Shown: piece by piece, positions 11,567-23,701 of the stretch
How positions within the stretch are numbered: position 1 is the first letter of the stretch
Layout of the letters: each line of letters begins with the position of its first letter
Assembly (NCBI GenBank): GCA_023231475.1
Contig: JALJEE010001001.1
Coordinates: forward strand, 1-43,823
DNA: 43,823 bases
Direction of reading: 5' to 3'
Source of the DNA: Seison nebaliae
Lineage: Eukaryota
Made by a program: the position numbers and the translations under genes
The notes under the pieces: generated by a model
The model's input: the letters and a program-made list of their open reading frames with translations, nothing else
Told to the model about the DNA's origin: nothing
Database searches by the model: none

Positions 11567-12222
11567 TATACGAAAAACAAAAACAGTTTAGAAAATGAAT
11601 TTCCAATTTATATTTTAATTTATAATATATATTAGTAAATAATTTACAGGAATATTTAAGACTTAAGGTATTTAAGACTTTATTTTAATAATTTTAACAT
11701 ATCAGACACAGAACCATTTTCTCCAATAAGTTATTAGCTATCTATCTGTTAGGTAGTATTAGGTACATTATAATTAGCCTTTTAGTTCAGCCTTTTATAT
11801 TTTTTTTCATAAAATTGGAAAATTTTTATAAAAAGGTAACTTTGTGCAGATAAAGAAAAAGTATGTAGAAAAACGGGGTGGCTTTTTATACAAATTTTCC
11901 AATTTAAAAAAAAAAATATAAAAGAGTGTCTTTCATACCTAGATTCCCAATAAGGCCGTCAATCATACACCTTTAATACTCGCTTAATATCTTCACCTTT
12001 TCTATTAAAAAAGAACAAAATAAATGAAGAATATAGTAATGGGTAGAACTTAAACACAATAGTGTTTGAGAACGTTGAAAAATCTAACAAAAGACAAATC
12101 TTGTAAGCCAAAAGAATTATAAGAAAATGTCCAAGTAAAACTAACAGTTTTAAGACATAATGTTCGTACATCATGTTAGACATTTTTTCTTATAATTCTT
12201 TTTGCTTACGTTAGATTTTTCA

Positions 12223-12520
12223 ATGTCTTTGAGAATGAACGAGACGATTGACGCTGATAGAAATAAGTTGTGCGAGATTTTTAAAGAAGTTGAAGTCGAT
12301 ACAGAATATGATGAGGATTTATTTGATAGTTTCATCGAGAATTGCAAAAAATTCATATTCCTCCCAAACTTGTTGTAAAAGTGGAAGAACTTTTTATTCA
12401 AATTCAGAAAGAAGCAGAATACAAAATGATGTACTATGGTTACTTGGATTACTGATGAGTTCGATTCTTATTTTAAGATCAACTTTTCAAAATTTAGAAA
12501 GCAATTTCTAAAGTAATCGA
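12223..12520 (+). pseudogene. Possible decayed hAT C-terminal dimerisation-domain fragment
   Basis: Across frameshifts: FIFLP / TCCKSGRTF..RSRIQNDVLWLLGLL / EFDSYFKINFSKFRKQFLK*. Resembles hAT LP-T-C--ERSFS..RS-M-DRL--L-LL..I-Y--II--F. Matched by eye only. Confidence 0.3.
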
Positions 12521-12950
12521 AACTTTCTGAAGAGTGAAGATGATAGAATATAGTGGAGAACTTAATGGAAGTGCCGATTATCACGACAAGACTCTCGTCA
12601 CAAGAGTTGCCTAAGAAAGAAATGATGTTGAAGTGTGGAGAGGAAAGCAAAAAATTTATTCAGAAGCTGGAGAAAGATTTTAATTTAAAACAATCATTCA
12701 TTCATAATCGAATAATTAATTTTGGTTTTATGGTGAATGTTGAAAATGAAATGAAATGATTCTTTTGAGAAAAGAAGACTGAAGAATGATGAAAAAAATG
12801 GATAAAATAAAGGATAAAGTGAATGAAAGTGCATGGCTGAAATAATTCATGAATATGGAAAGTTTGATGAAAATTAGATAAGGTTTGTTTTCGATATTAT
12901 TAAACAAAAATAACTCTTCTTAAAATTTCGTGCAAAAATATGTCAATGTA

Positions 12951-13346
12951 TTAACTGCTTGTTACTTCGACGACAGCGTTCGTGCCATTCGTCATTGATG
13001 GGACGTCATTATCTGTTGTGGGGGTTAAACCGTTCTCATTTGTCACTTCAATATCGCCGTTCTCCTCCGTGTGATTCGAATCGCCATTCTCTTGAACTGT
13101 ACCATTCTCTTTATTTTCAACATTCTCCTCCGTTTTCGTTTCATTGTTATCGCTTGTAACTTGATCGTTTGCTACTGTATTCACAACATTTTCGATGTTA
13201 CCGTTACCATTCGCTGCCGTTTCATCCTCTACCAATTCTTCTTTCAATTTCTTATTTTTTCGCAATTTCAAACTTCCAAATGTACTGCGTAAACTTTTTC
13301 CGACAGTATCAAAACTGGTTCTCATTTTATCGGTGAATCCTGGCAT
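12951..13346 (-). CDS. Small intrinsically disordered protein (131 aa): basic/amphipathic N-terminus, acidic E/N/T-rich tail
   Basis: ATG at 13346: MPGFTDKMRTSFDTVGKSLRSTFGSLKLRKNKKLKEE, followed by recurring EENGD/ENG/NGT motifs. Coding-like composition in a single exon. No recognisable domain. Confidence 0.6.
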   Translation of the reverse strand: MPGFTDKMRTSFDTVGKSLRSTFGSLKLRKNKKLKEELVEDETAANGNGNIENVVNTVANDQVTSDNNETKTEENVENKENGTVQENGDSNHTEENGDIEVTNENGLTPTTDNDVPSMTNGTNAVVEVTSS

Positions 13347-14738
13347 TCTTTTCAAGGAGATTTGTGTGCAAAAAAAATTTAATCTGAATATAAAAAAGAA
13401 GATGTCAAAATTTGAAAATCTTTCGAAATTTGTCAGGTTTGCGACAGAATAAGAATGAGAAACGAGGAGATTGTAAAGTGTCAACCGATTTGACGTGAAG
13501 TATCAACGATGGGAAGACATAATCGAATTTAACTATTGTCTCCTCCAATCGCACAATCATAAGAGGAATTATTACTATTGGAAATTACAATTATTATTTT
13601 TCATTTAATTATTCTGAGTAGAAACAGAAGAACTACACCAAACAAATAAATAGAAATCAAAAGAAATTTGGTACTTGATATGTTGAGAGAAAAGATGAAG
13701 GGATAAATGATTGAACTAAATTTCACGACAGAGAGATTAGTTTCGTTGAGAATTGATGAGAAAAAGAGAAAAAAGAACTAAAGGGAAAGCATAAAATCGT
13801 TAAGTACACATGTACCAGAAATTCAATATTACTACTACTGCGTTTGCTAAAGAATTTTACAATTTAATGACCAATACTTTATACAATGTCTTCTTCCTAT
13901 CAACATATTATCATAATCTGATGTTATCAAGACTCGTTCTTCTCCTAACATTGCTTTGATAAAATATTTGATATGTTGCAATATGATAAGGATCATCGAT
14001 CCAGCTAGTAGCTACCATTCAGCGAGTGAGCAAGCGTGCTAACTAACTGACTAACTAACTGACTGACATATGAGTTAGTTGAGTAAACCTCGCTAAATGA
14101 TCATAGAAGAGAAATACTAGTTGACTGGCTAAGTCCAACTCACGAGTCAACATACTTACAAGAACGAAGAGGAAATTAAACAAAACTGGTTTCTTTTCAA
14201 TTATCTAAGACAAATATTCTATAGCTTCGTTTTGTATGTGGCCACTGGAATGGATGGGAAAGTGGTATTGTGAATGGGAATGATTAAGAAGTGATTCGAA
14301 TTGTAAATCCCAAAAAAGAAAAGATGAAAGTATATTGTTAGACATTCGTATTGTTTAGTAATATTAGCGACTGATGAGAGCATCGTCGCATAATGTATAA
14401 AATGTTTCCCATAGCATATCGTTCGAATGATAATAATTTATTCCGTACAGTTTGCGGTATAGAATAAGCAGACGAATTTGGGTGCATAGCCGAGTTGAAT
14501 GCACATGTCTATAAATGTCGTTAAATCGACGAAAGAAGAAAATTATCTGTTTCTCTATCTCTCCACTTGAATGTCCATTATGGTAGTTGGAATCGATAAT
14601 TCATTTTCATCGTTCATGTACATTGCTTTTCTTTCCTTCTTTTTACATGAGAACTGTGGACAATGAACATTTACAACTCTGTCAGCTCTTCAATTCTTCT
14701 GTGTGCACATGTGGCGCATATACTTCTCTGTGTATATA

Positions 14739-14756
14739 TGTGTGTGTGTGTGTGTG
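14739..14756. repeat. (TG)9 microsatellite
   Basis: Direct reading of the sequence. Confidence 0.9.
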
Positions 14757-17700
14757 AATGACTTGCTGCTCCCAACAATTAGACACTTTCTTCAATTTGA
14801 TATTCCTTCTCTCTGACCACTTGGAGATTGAATCGATAGTCTAGCTACCAATAAATCCATTGTGCGGTTGAACCACCCATCTCTCTTTCTTCATTCTCTT
14901 CTGTGCACTACTATACCTAAATTCATTTAGATGACACGATGATTATAATATTTGTTTACATTGTAGTCAATGGAGGAAGACCAGTAACTAAAGTCTCTCC
15001 AACGTAATATGCAAATAACGCTAATTCGCTAACTTATCAGAAAGCATTCCCCAAATTACCATTCCATCATCAGCACATTAACAAAGACTTCAATTTTTGT
15101 CTTCATAGAAATTCCTTGATGGAATTTTGTCGATCATTCGACTGTTCTTCTTCTGTCTAATGGACATAATGAACTGAAAATTGGTATGAAACAATTAAAT
15201 CTCTAAAAATCATTTCGTTCCGCCAACTACAAATTTTGAAGAAATCATAATCGCTCCTATTACGAACTGTGCCGAGGAATAAAATGGTAAATTAATCCCA
15301 TCTTCCAATCTCCCATTGGGTAAGTCGATAATCATGATGACTACATATCTCTTTTTTGGCAGTTCATTTGTAATCCCCCAAAGACGATTTCATAACAACA
15401 TATATCAGTTCTAGTTTACTCTCTAAATATATTTTATAATTCGATTCCTTCTACTAATTAAAGTAAATTCACTGCTGTGTCCACTAATGGTTTCCTACAG
15501 TTTTTTGAGTTTAATCGTTTCGAATAAATTGAAGTGGATTTTTCCTTCTATTAACTTTATTACGCTATTTTTACGCAATTTCCGAAGCCGCATAAGAAAC
15601 CAATGAAAGATAATAATTCATTTAACTATTATGCAGTGGAGGATGTAGTCGATAGTGTATTAGTCCAATGGCGAGAAATATGTACAAGATCATAAGAAAA
15701 TCACAAATACATTCGCGGAAGAAGAAATCAGTTTTAGGTTATTTCTAAAAGTTTGTAAATAACATATTGATAAAATGATTAATACATTATCTGTATTACT
15801 ATTATTGGGATGACTGATGGTTATGAGTTCGAATTTCATGCGAGGATCAACTTCTTAACATTAAGAAAGTAATTAAACTTACAAAAAATGAAGAGGGTAG
15901 AAAGGAGCGACGAATTTAAGAGAACTGCCGATTGTTACGACAAGAGCAGTTTCTCAGCCTTAAACAAGAGCTTCATTTACGAGGAACATCATTGAAATAT
16001 CGAGAAGAAAAGGAAAAATGACTGACATTGGAATGATATTCGAGATAATTCGAACAGTTACATAAATATTATGACTGATGTTTGCATCAATTATGAGGAA
16101 AGAATAAGGAGAAATATTGACCTGATCAAATGATGATATTTGTTGGCAGTTACTTAAAAGTAACGTTATTCATAAGAGAAGAATAAGGTGGGAGAAGTGG
16201 GAGAAGTAGGAGAACCATCGAGCAGGTCCATTTATCCTTCCAATTTATTCAAAGAAAATTGTTTTTATTGAAAAATGAAAAATAGGAGTATGAGGATGAG
16301 AAGAAATATCAAACGTTTTATTACAAGAGAAGCCATTACATATCGTATTAGTACGAGTTCATTCGATTACGAGAATTTGTCATAGAGATATGATCAATCG
16401 ATAAAAGGAATTGGTATTTTTGTATAGAACTGTAAACTGTTTTGCACACGAATGAAGCGGGGAGGGAGGAGGAAGAGTCGCGTCAGAGAATTTAGTTGGC
16501 TGTGCACTCTATTCGTGAGCATGTGGAGAAGAGTTCGAGCTAGAAAAAGTCAGGGAGAAAGAAACTTGAATAAATTAGAGACGAAATGGAACGATGTCTG
16601 ATGTTGGAGATGAATATCGAGGTTTCCGTCGGAGAGTGAACTGATGAAATAATGGGGGTAGCTCGGTGGTAGAATCAATTGGGGGATCGAATGTTGTTTG
16701 CACAGATTTCATTGTAAGAAAATTCGGTTGATTCCCAAAGGAAATTTAATTATATAATCAAATTATTTATGAGGTAGGAAGATGTGAGTTGGAGAAGATG
16801 GTCGATAGATTGAATTAGAGAAACTAACAAACATTGTCAGTTAGCAGTAGTTCAATATTCAAGTACTTTCTCTCCTTTATTTCTTCTTCTGTTACTTAAT
16901 AAATGAGTGGTTCGCATGCGAAAAGGAGAAGTTTAGCGTTTTCTAAGAAGGAGGAATGAATCACTCTTATTAATAATAATTAACATATTAATGTTGAACA
17001 ATTCCTTCGTAATGTCAATTGGAATGCATGCAAACAGTCGGGTGAACATTAACGACATTCATCTTCACTCGAATGAGCAATAAATTAGTAATAGAGATTG
17101 ATCGGAATTGAAAAATTGTCATTTGACGCAATGTCGGAAAATGGAGGGGGGAAGATTCGTTTCGACTCCCATATATTTCTTCGTTTTAGGCAAATAATAA
17201 TTTGTTTGAAAGGAATAGAAGTGAAATTGTTTAACTCTTCTTCGACTCATAAATTGTGGTGTGTACTAGAATGCTTCTGGTGAACAGAGACGATTGTTTC
17301 AATAAACTTTACGAGATTAATGTACACACGGAATTTTATCTCTTGGAAATCTGTAGAGAACATTAATAAACATCTTTCAACATAAAACCGTTCGATTCCA
17401 TTATCTCTAATTTGCTGTTTACCAAATAGTTTTTAGTGATAAAACGAAATTGAATTATATGAACCATCAATAAACAAACGCCTAGAAGTTAGTGGAGGGG
17501 GGAGATAATTGACATCAATATAAATGTGTCATCACGTACGATCTCTTAAAAGAAAAGTCAATTTCTTTCCTTCTAATTATGACTTCGATACCATCAATCA
17601 ACATACTATCCATTATTTGAATAGAATTTAAAGTAATTCATGAAACTCTTCCAGATCGACGTCACACACTATTCACATGTTCTTGCTAATTACTTGATAT

Positions 17701-18165
17701 TGTTCCTTTTCCTTTGAACTTGAAACTATTTTGCCATTAAACAGATAAGGAATTCTTTAAGGAAACTTTGAGGACTTCCATCATTTTTAACAGTTCGCTC
17801 ATACCAAATTAGTCATTTCTTCTACAAAGTGATTAACCAAACAGCTAATCGCCTTCATCTCAAACAAACTCAATTTGAAGATGTAGAAACACGACATTGA
17901 TAAGAGAAGATCAACTTCAGTTTCCAATACAACTAATTAATTATTCTTTAAAAAAAATAAAGATAAATGTACAATTAGTTCGAAGAAATTGAGTTTCAAA
18001 AGATTTATCCGAATCTCTATCTTCTTCTAGCTTAAGTAGACAAAGCTTAATATTTATAACAATTCTTCTTACATCGTATAGAAAAAACTGAATAACAATG
18101 AGATAGGAGGAGAATATAAAACAATCACTAACGAAACCATCCACCAGGAGACTTATAAACAAAAA

Positions 18166-20715
18166 ATGAAAGATCAGCAAGATGAGGAATATGAGGAGCC
18201 ATCAGTTAATTCGAAGAATCGAGAAGAAAGAATATTAGCACGTCGAATTCGAATAGAAAACCGTAAGAATGAGAAAGAAGAAAAACCGAAGGAAGTAGTT
18301 GTTGAGGAGAAGAATCGAGAGGATTGTGAATTTATCATAGACGACGAACAAGTCATCAATTCGAGAGAACGATTAATAAAACTCTACGTTGACGGATGTG
18401 AATTGGTGTCCAATATACGGTTAGTACATTGTCAATTCATCGGTGAATGATATGTTTGAAGAACGGCGGAATTACTTCGTGAGTCGAATCGGAGGAAAGC
18501 TGAAGCCGAAGCTAATCGAGTACGTAAGGAACGCTTAGAACAAGAAACGAGATCGGCCACAGAAAAATTTGATGAGGTTCCACCGTTTGTTGTGATAGGA
18601 GACGAATATAAATTGCAGATCATCAAACAATGGGAAAGCGCTGCTCAAAAAAATGTAGCACAAGAACTATACGAAGTTGGCGTAAATTTAAAAAATTGTG
18701 AAAAGTTTAATTGTTCCGATTAGATTCTCATGGAACAAAGGAAGTTTTGTGATTTGATGATTGATGAGAAAAATAAACTGATCAGTGACTTTGAGGATGT
18801 TAGTTGTGAAATCTGATCTGAAATCTTCAATTTCATTTTAATGGCAGGAATTGAAAAAGAATAATGAGGAGTATACGAAAATGCTGAAAAGATGTACGTT
18901 TGATTCGAATTTGTTGGTGGAGAGAATGAAAAATCAAATTGAAACAACCAGTAAAGCTCATAAAGAAGAGACTTCCAACATAGAAGTTTCTTCTTCGATC
19001 CACTTGTTCTATCTTCTATTGGACATATTCTAAATAGAATTATCTTGAGAGAAATTTCCACACGACAAATGACAAAAATCGGACGATATTTGAAAAGAAA
19101 ATCGAATTTAGAGATAAGAAAGAAGTTTTGTGTTTATGATAAGGAAAATGAAAATCTAAAATTGTGATAGATGGAGAATTTAGATGAGAAATTGGAAAAG
19201 ATCGAAAAGAATGGAGAGGAAATCGATGAAATATATGAACGTGACGCTGAAGATTATAATAATTTTAAAATTCAATTGGAAAACAATGTTCAATCACTCG
19301 AATTGCAATTGGAACAGATGAAGGCAACATTCCAATTGAACCAAGAGAAACTGGACTACAACTATCAAGTTAAATCGATTAGCTTCATAAATGAATTTTT
19401 TGGAATGGAACAGGTGCTGAAAAAACGAGAAGAGGAAAACATCATCACAAAAGCGAAACAGAAGAGGAAAATCAATAAGTTGACAGATGTGTCGAACAAT
19501 CTGAAGGGTAAACTGAATAAACAGAAGGAGACTTTCGAGCAGGAAATTCAGAAATTGTCGGAAGAATATCAACGTTTAGCGACACTCTTCCAAGACCTCC
19601 AAGACAAGTCACAGTTCTCTCATTTTCGTTCGATTATTATGACGTTTGTTTTGGAAGGAAATTCATGAAGAAGAATAAGACGAAATTGGAGAGTATCTGG
19701 AATATGAAAGTGGAGGAATGTCAGAGTGTAATTGATCAAATAAAGTCTTGTGAGAAAGTGATACATGAACAGCAACTCGGTCTCGACATAGCAGATGTGA
19801 AAGATGAGAGAGTATGTCAGCCAGTGAAGAAGAATGTCGATCGGAAATCGGATGGAAAGACAACTGTTCATGAGACGGATGCAGAAACTCCATTAGAATT
19901 GAGTAATGAGACACAAAAAAAAATATTTCAACTGATATGTAACGAAGCTGTTGGATTTCCTTTCAATTTCTCTTCTTCATTTCATCTCGAAGGGATTTCT
20001 CATCGATGAGAAAGTACTTGAACTGCTCGATCCCTTACCAGCCAACGAACAATCTCTCATTCGTTTAGATGCTATTTGTCAAGGTTCTTTCTCTCCTTTC
20101 TTACACATGTTCCTCATATTCTTCTCCTACATAGTTTTTGGGCTTCACTCCCAAGAAGAAATCGAAGAGCTGACAAATTATTTCATTTCAAAGAAATCAG
20201 ATGAACCGTCGCCCAATGACATCATTCATCCGAACGATGTCTTAGCGGCCCTCAAAGATTTCACTAGTGCAAAAGTGGAGAGGGAAAATCAACTTACTTT
20301 GCCCAAATCAAAAGTCACAACTAAATATACGCATCAACGTCGAAGATCGTATGACAAAGAATTCTGGAAGAATCTCACCGACTCAATAGTGACAACAGAG
20401 AAGAAACATTTATGGGAAACCTTAAAAAGTTATTTGAAGAAATACAAGTTCAATTCTTCTTCTTCTTCTTCTTCTTCATATTCTTTTTTCAGCGAAAATT
20501 TGAGTGAAAGACAAAAACTCTTAGCTGGAAATGATGAGCTAAGACAACAGAATATCGAACTGAAAATGTTGTTGGCGAAATATATTAATACGAAGATCAA
20601 TGACGATCTGGTGTTGCCACCTGCACCTCAAATGATGGCGTTGGCTAATGAAAACTCGGGAAGGAAATATCGATCTCAAACGAAAGAACTACATTTGCCT
20701 CCAATAAAAAAATAA
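18166..20715 (+). CDS. DRC1: Dynein regulatory complex subunit 1 (CCDC164), 12 exons
   Basis: Motifs [75 protein letters not shown] and LRQQNIELKMLL..LVLPP. Eleven GTT..AG introns keep frame: 18420-18461, 18577-18618, 18676-18723, 18799-18847, 18986-19037, 19125-19170, 19369-19413, 19614-19657, 19950-19992, 20084-20134, 20448-20492. Confidence 0.9.
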
Positions 20716-21066
20716 AAATTTTTATTTAAAAAATAAAGTTTTTTTCTATGAAAACAATTCGCTTCTTTTTCGTCCATGTACAAATCTAAATGTTCATAAA
20801 CGTTAAAGTCAATTCGTTTGAAATTAGTCCGAAAAGGTAGTAATGAGAACTTGAGAGAAAGTTGATGAGCAGATGATTGATGAGAAGAAGCTAACGATTA
20901 GAGCATTCGTTTTACTTCTGTAATTAAATTAATTCTTCTTTTTTAAATCTTTACTCACCTGATCAGACAAAGTGTTGATTGTTTATCTTATCGGTTCTTT
21001 ATATTTTTATAAGAAGAAAAGAAATTACATTATCTAGAACTCTAATTCCTTTTGAAATTAACGAAA

Positions 21067-21400
21067 ATGATGTGCGGAGGAACGTCGAAAGTTCAGGAGA
21101 TGACCGATGAAGTTAAAGAACTTGCCGTGTCATTCAGGAAGGCAGTCGAATTGAAAACTGGCAGAAATTTCGACGTTTATGAACCAAAAACATTCTCTAC
21201 ACAAGTTGTTGCTGGAATGAATTATTTCATTAAAGTTCTATCCATTATTCTTCCATCTTAATTTATTCTTTTCATCTCAGATTCATGTGGGAAATGATAA
21301 ATATATTCATCTTCGCATTTATCAACATTTCAGTGGAACAACAGAATTTAGTAATGTCTTAGAAGATAAGGCCGATGGCGACGCATTGGAGTATTTCTAA
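21067..21400 (+). CDS. Stefin (type 1 cystatin, cystatin-A/B-like), 2 exons
   Basis: MMCGG..QVVAGMNYFIK | IHVGNDKYIHLRIY..DALEYF*. QxVxG motif present. Intron 21235-21280 (46 nt, GTT..AG). Confidence 0.92.
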
Positions 21401-21934
21401 ACTTACAAAGAAACGAAGTAAACGAAACATCCAATTCCATTTAATTTACCTATTATTATTTTGAAATTTTTTTTTTTTTAAATTGCTTTCTATGATTTAA
21501 TTTAATCAGCTCATGATTGCCAAATAAAATTCATATCATTTCCTTCTCATTTTGTTTCTCCTTCTCATTATGTCAAGATAAATTGCAATTCTTACAAATT
21601 TATATTTTATTTAATAGATAATAAAACGTTCAAGTTTAAGAATTCACTTTAAGTTCTGTTCAAAAACAAATAAAAGATATTATCTTCTGATTTGAGAATA
21701 ATTCGAGAATCTTACTCTCATAAGTTGTTTTTAATTTTTGCCACTTTTAAAACCTTGTTTCACATCTGTCAGATATTAAATGAATAAATTGTGTAATTGT
21801 TTCAGTGATTAAAGAAGTACATTTGTCATTAGAAAGAATTTAGTTGAGAAAAATTATTTGTCATTATTTATTCTTGAAGTTTTATATATGTAACAAAAGA
21901 AAAAATTTTATATAAATAACATATAAGACAGCAT

Positions 21935-22007
21935 GGCTCTGTGGCTTAGTGGTTAAAGCGCCTGTCTCGTAAACAGGAGATCGTGAGTTCAAATCTCGCC
22001 AGGGCCT
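21935..22007 (+). tRNA. tRNA-Thr(CGT)
   Basis: Acceptor stem GGCTCTG/CAGGGCC plus T discriminator, D-arm TAGTGGTTAAAGC, anticodon arm CCTGT-CT-CGT-AA-ACAGG, T-loop GTTCAAAT. Followed by a T-run (Pol III terminator). Confidence 0.96.
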
Positions 22008-22171
22008 TTTTGGATTTTTGAAAAAAAAAATTTTTTTAATAATTTTATTAAGATAAACTTTCAAATTATGAATTTCGTTAAAAGATTGAATGGAAATGTT
22101 GAAGAATGTATCATTAGGAGGGAAAGAAGTTAATTGTGGGGAATAAGTTCAGATTAATTACGTAGCGGAAA

Positions 22172-22752
22172 ATGAAGGATTTGAATGGGTTCGATTACAA
22201 GTATAGGTGTAAGGTCGACAACCGTTATATGGAAAGGTTAAATTGTCTTTTATTAGATGGTAAATAATTGTGATCGATAAGTGCAGCATGGTGAATAAGG
22301 CAAGATTGAAGTATTCAGTCGTGATTCATTCTTTCTTGGCCACTCTCATTCTATTGGAGATTATCGTTTATCATTTCGAATGGAAATTGAATGATAATGA
22401 AGATATTCCTGGTCCGAAATTATGGCACTACATTTGGCTGACATCTATCGTTCCCGCCATCGTCTCATTGACGACGTTGTCAAGAAACAATTATTCTCTA
22501 CTCAAATATTGTTATTACGGTGTGTTGTCGTTGGGTCTGTGCACTTCCATTTGTGTGATTCTCATTAACGCTCCCGTTCTGTACGATTATGTGATGGATA
22601 AAGAATCGACGAATCTGCCTCTCTTATTCGGAAGTATTCCTATTCTCATCATCTGGTACTTCTTCCTCGCAATCGCTATTCAAGTTCACGTACTTTCACT
22701 CTTCTTCATCTCACAATTATTGGGTTGTTGGAAAGAGAGGAAAAGTTCATGA
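22172..22752 (+). CDS. JAGN1: Jagunal homolog (ER membrane protein), 2 exons
   Basis: Exon 1 MKDLNGFDYKYRCKVDNRYMES matches jagunal GTDGSDFQHRERVA.HYQMS. Intron 22237-22286 (50 nt, GTT..AG). Then KARLKY..LWHYIWLTS..SRNN..QVHVLSLFF..LL..W, with four TM segments. Confidence 0.85.
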
Positions 22753-23138
22753 TGTTAATTACTACTTTCGAATTTTGTTTTCTTTCTTTTTAATCTGCTG
22801 CTTCTTCTCCCACTAAAGAAATTTAATAAATAAATTTTATATTTCTTTTCAATTCTTCACACGTCCGAAATTCAGAGATTTCTTCCTGATTTTTACAATT
22901 ATTTTTTCCTTTCTAAAAAATTCTTTTCTAACAAATTCAATTTGTATTATTAGATGTGTTTTTCATTCTTAAGAATGACAATTGTCATTTGTTTGTATAA
23001 TTGAGAAAATGAAGAAAATTTAAAATTTGCTTTTAAACTTAATATTTGAATTCCACGATCCAATTATGAGAGTGAGGGAGTGAGTTGTTTTAGAAGAGTG
23101 GATTGTCAAGTAGAAATGAGTGGGAAAGAAGGAAGACG

Positions 23139-23531
23139 ATGTTGGCGAATAAGAAGAGTAATCAACGAATTACTCGATACCATCCACCACTTAACAGTTA
23201 TGGAGGTAACAATGAATTGAAGAAACAAGACAAGGTAATGCAATATTTCAATACGGTGGGTATTCGCAGTCCAACAGAAGAAGAAGACACGTTGGCAGAT
23301 CACATCCACTTTTTAGGAATGTTCTTCTCAATTGTCGGTCTATTCGCCAAATTGAAGATTTGTTCGTGGGGAGCATTGATCTGTTCCATTATCGGTTTCG
23401 CTCATTCGGCCACGGTAGATGAGAACCGTCAAACGGTCAGTTCATTCATGCTCTCCATTTCGGCGTTATTGATGTCATATTTGAACAATCCACAACCGTT
23501 ATCTTATCAGTTGGGTATCCTATTCGGATGA
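23139..23531 (+). CDS. WDR83OS: Asterix / PAT-complex subunit (UPF0139)
   Basis: RITRYHPP..DHIHFLGMFFSIVGLFAKLKICSWGALICSIIGFA..QTVSSFMLSISALLMSYLNNPQP, the Asterix signature. First in-frame ATG at 23139. Confidence 0.9.
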   Translation: MLANKKSNQRITRYHPPLNSYGGNNELKKQDKVMQYFNTVGIRSPTEEEDTLADHIHFLGMFFSIVGLFAKLKICSWGALICSIIGFAHSATVDENRQTVSSFMLSISALLMSYLNNPQPLSYQLGILFG

Positions 23532-23701
23532 GCAGAACTTTCCTTTTTTATTTTCCTCAAAATTTGAGAGAATTAAAATAAAATAAATTTTCATTTAAAT
23601 CTTATTTCCAATCTTATTAGTTGTTATTTTATTATTATTTCAATATTTAATTATTTAATTTCAAAATTATTATCAATATAAGACAGATATGTGAGAGAAA
23701 T

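Noticed and set aside
21882..22064. 60-aa minus-strand ORF (PWRDLNSRSPVYETGALTTKPQS)
   Set aside because: It is the antisense translation of the tRNA-Thr gene.
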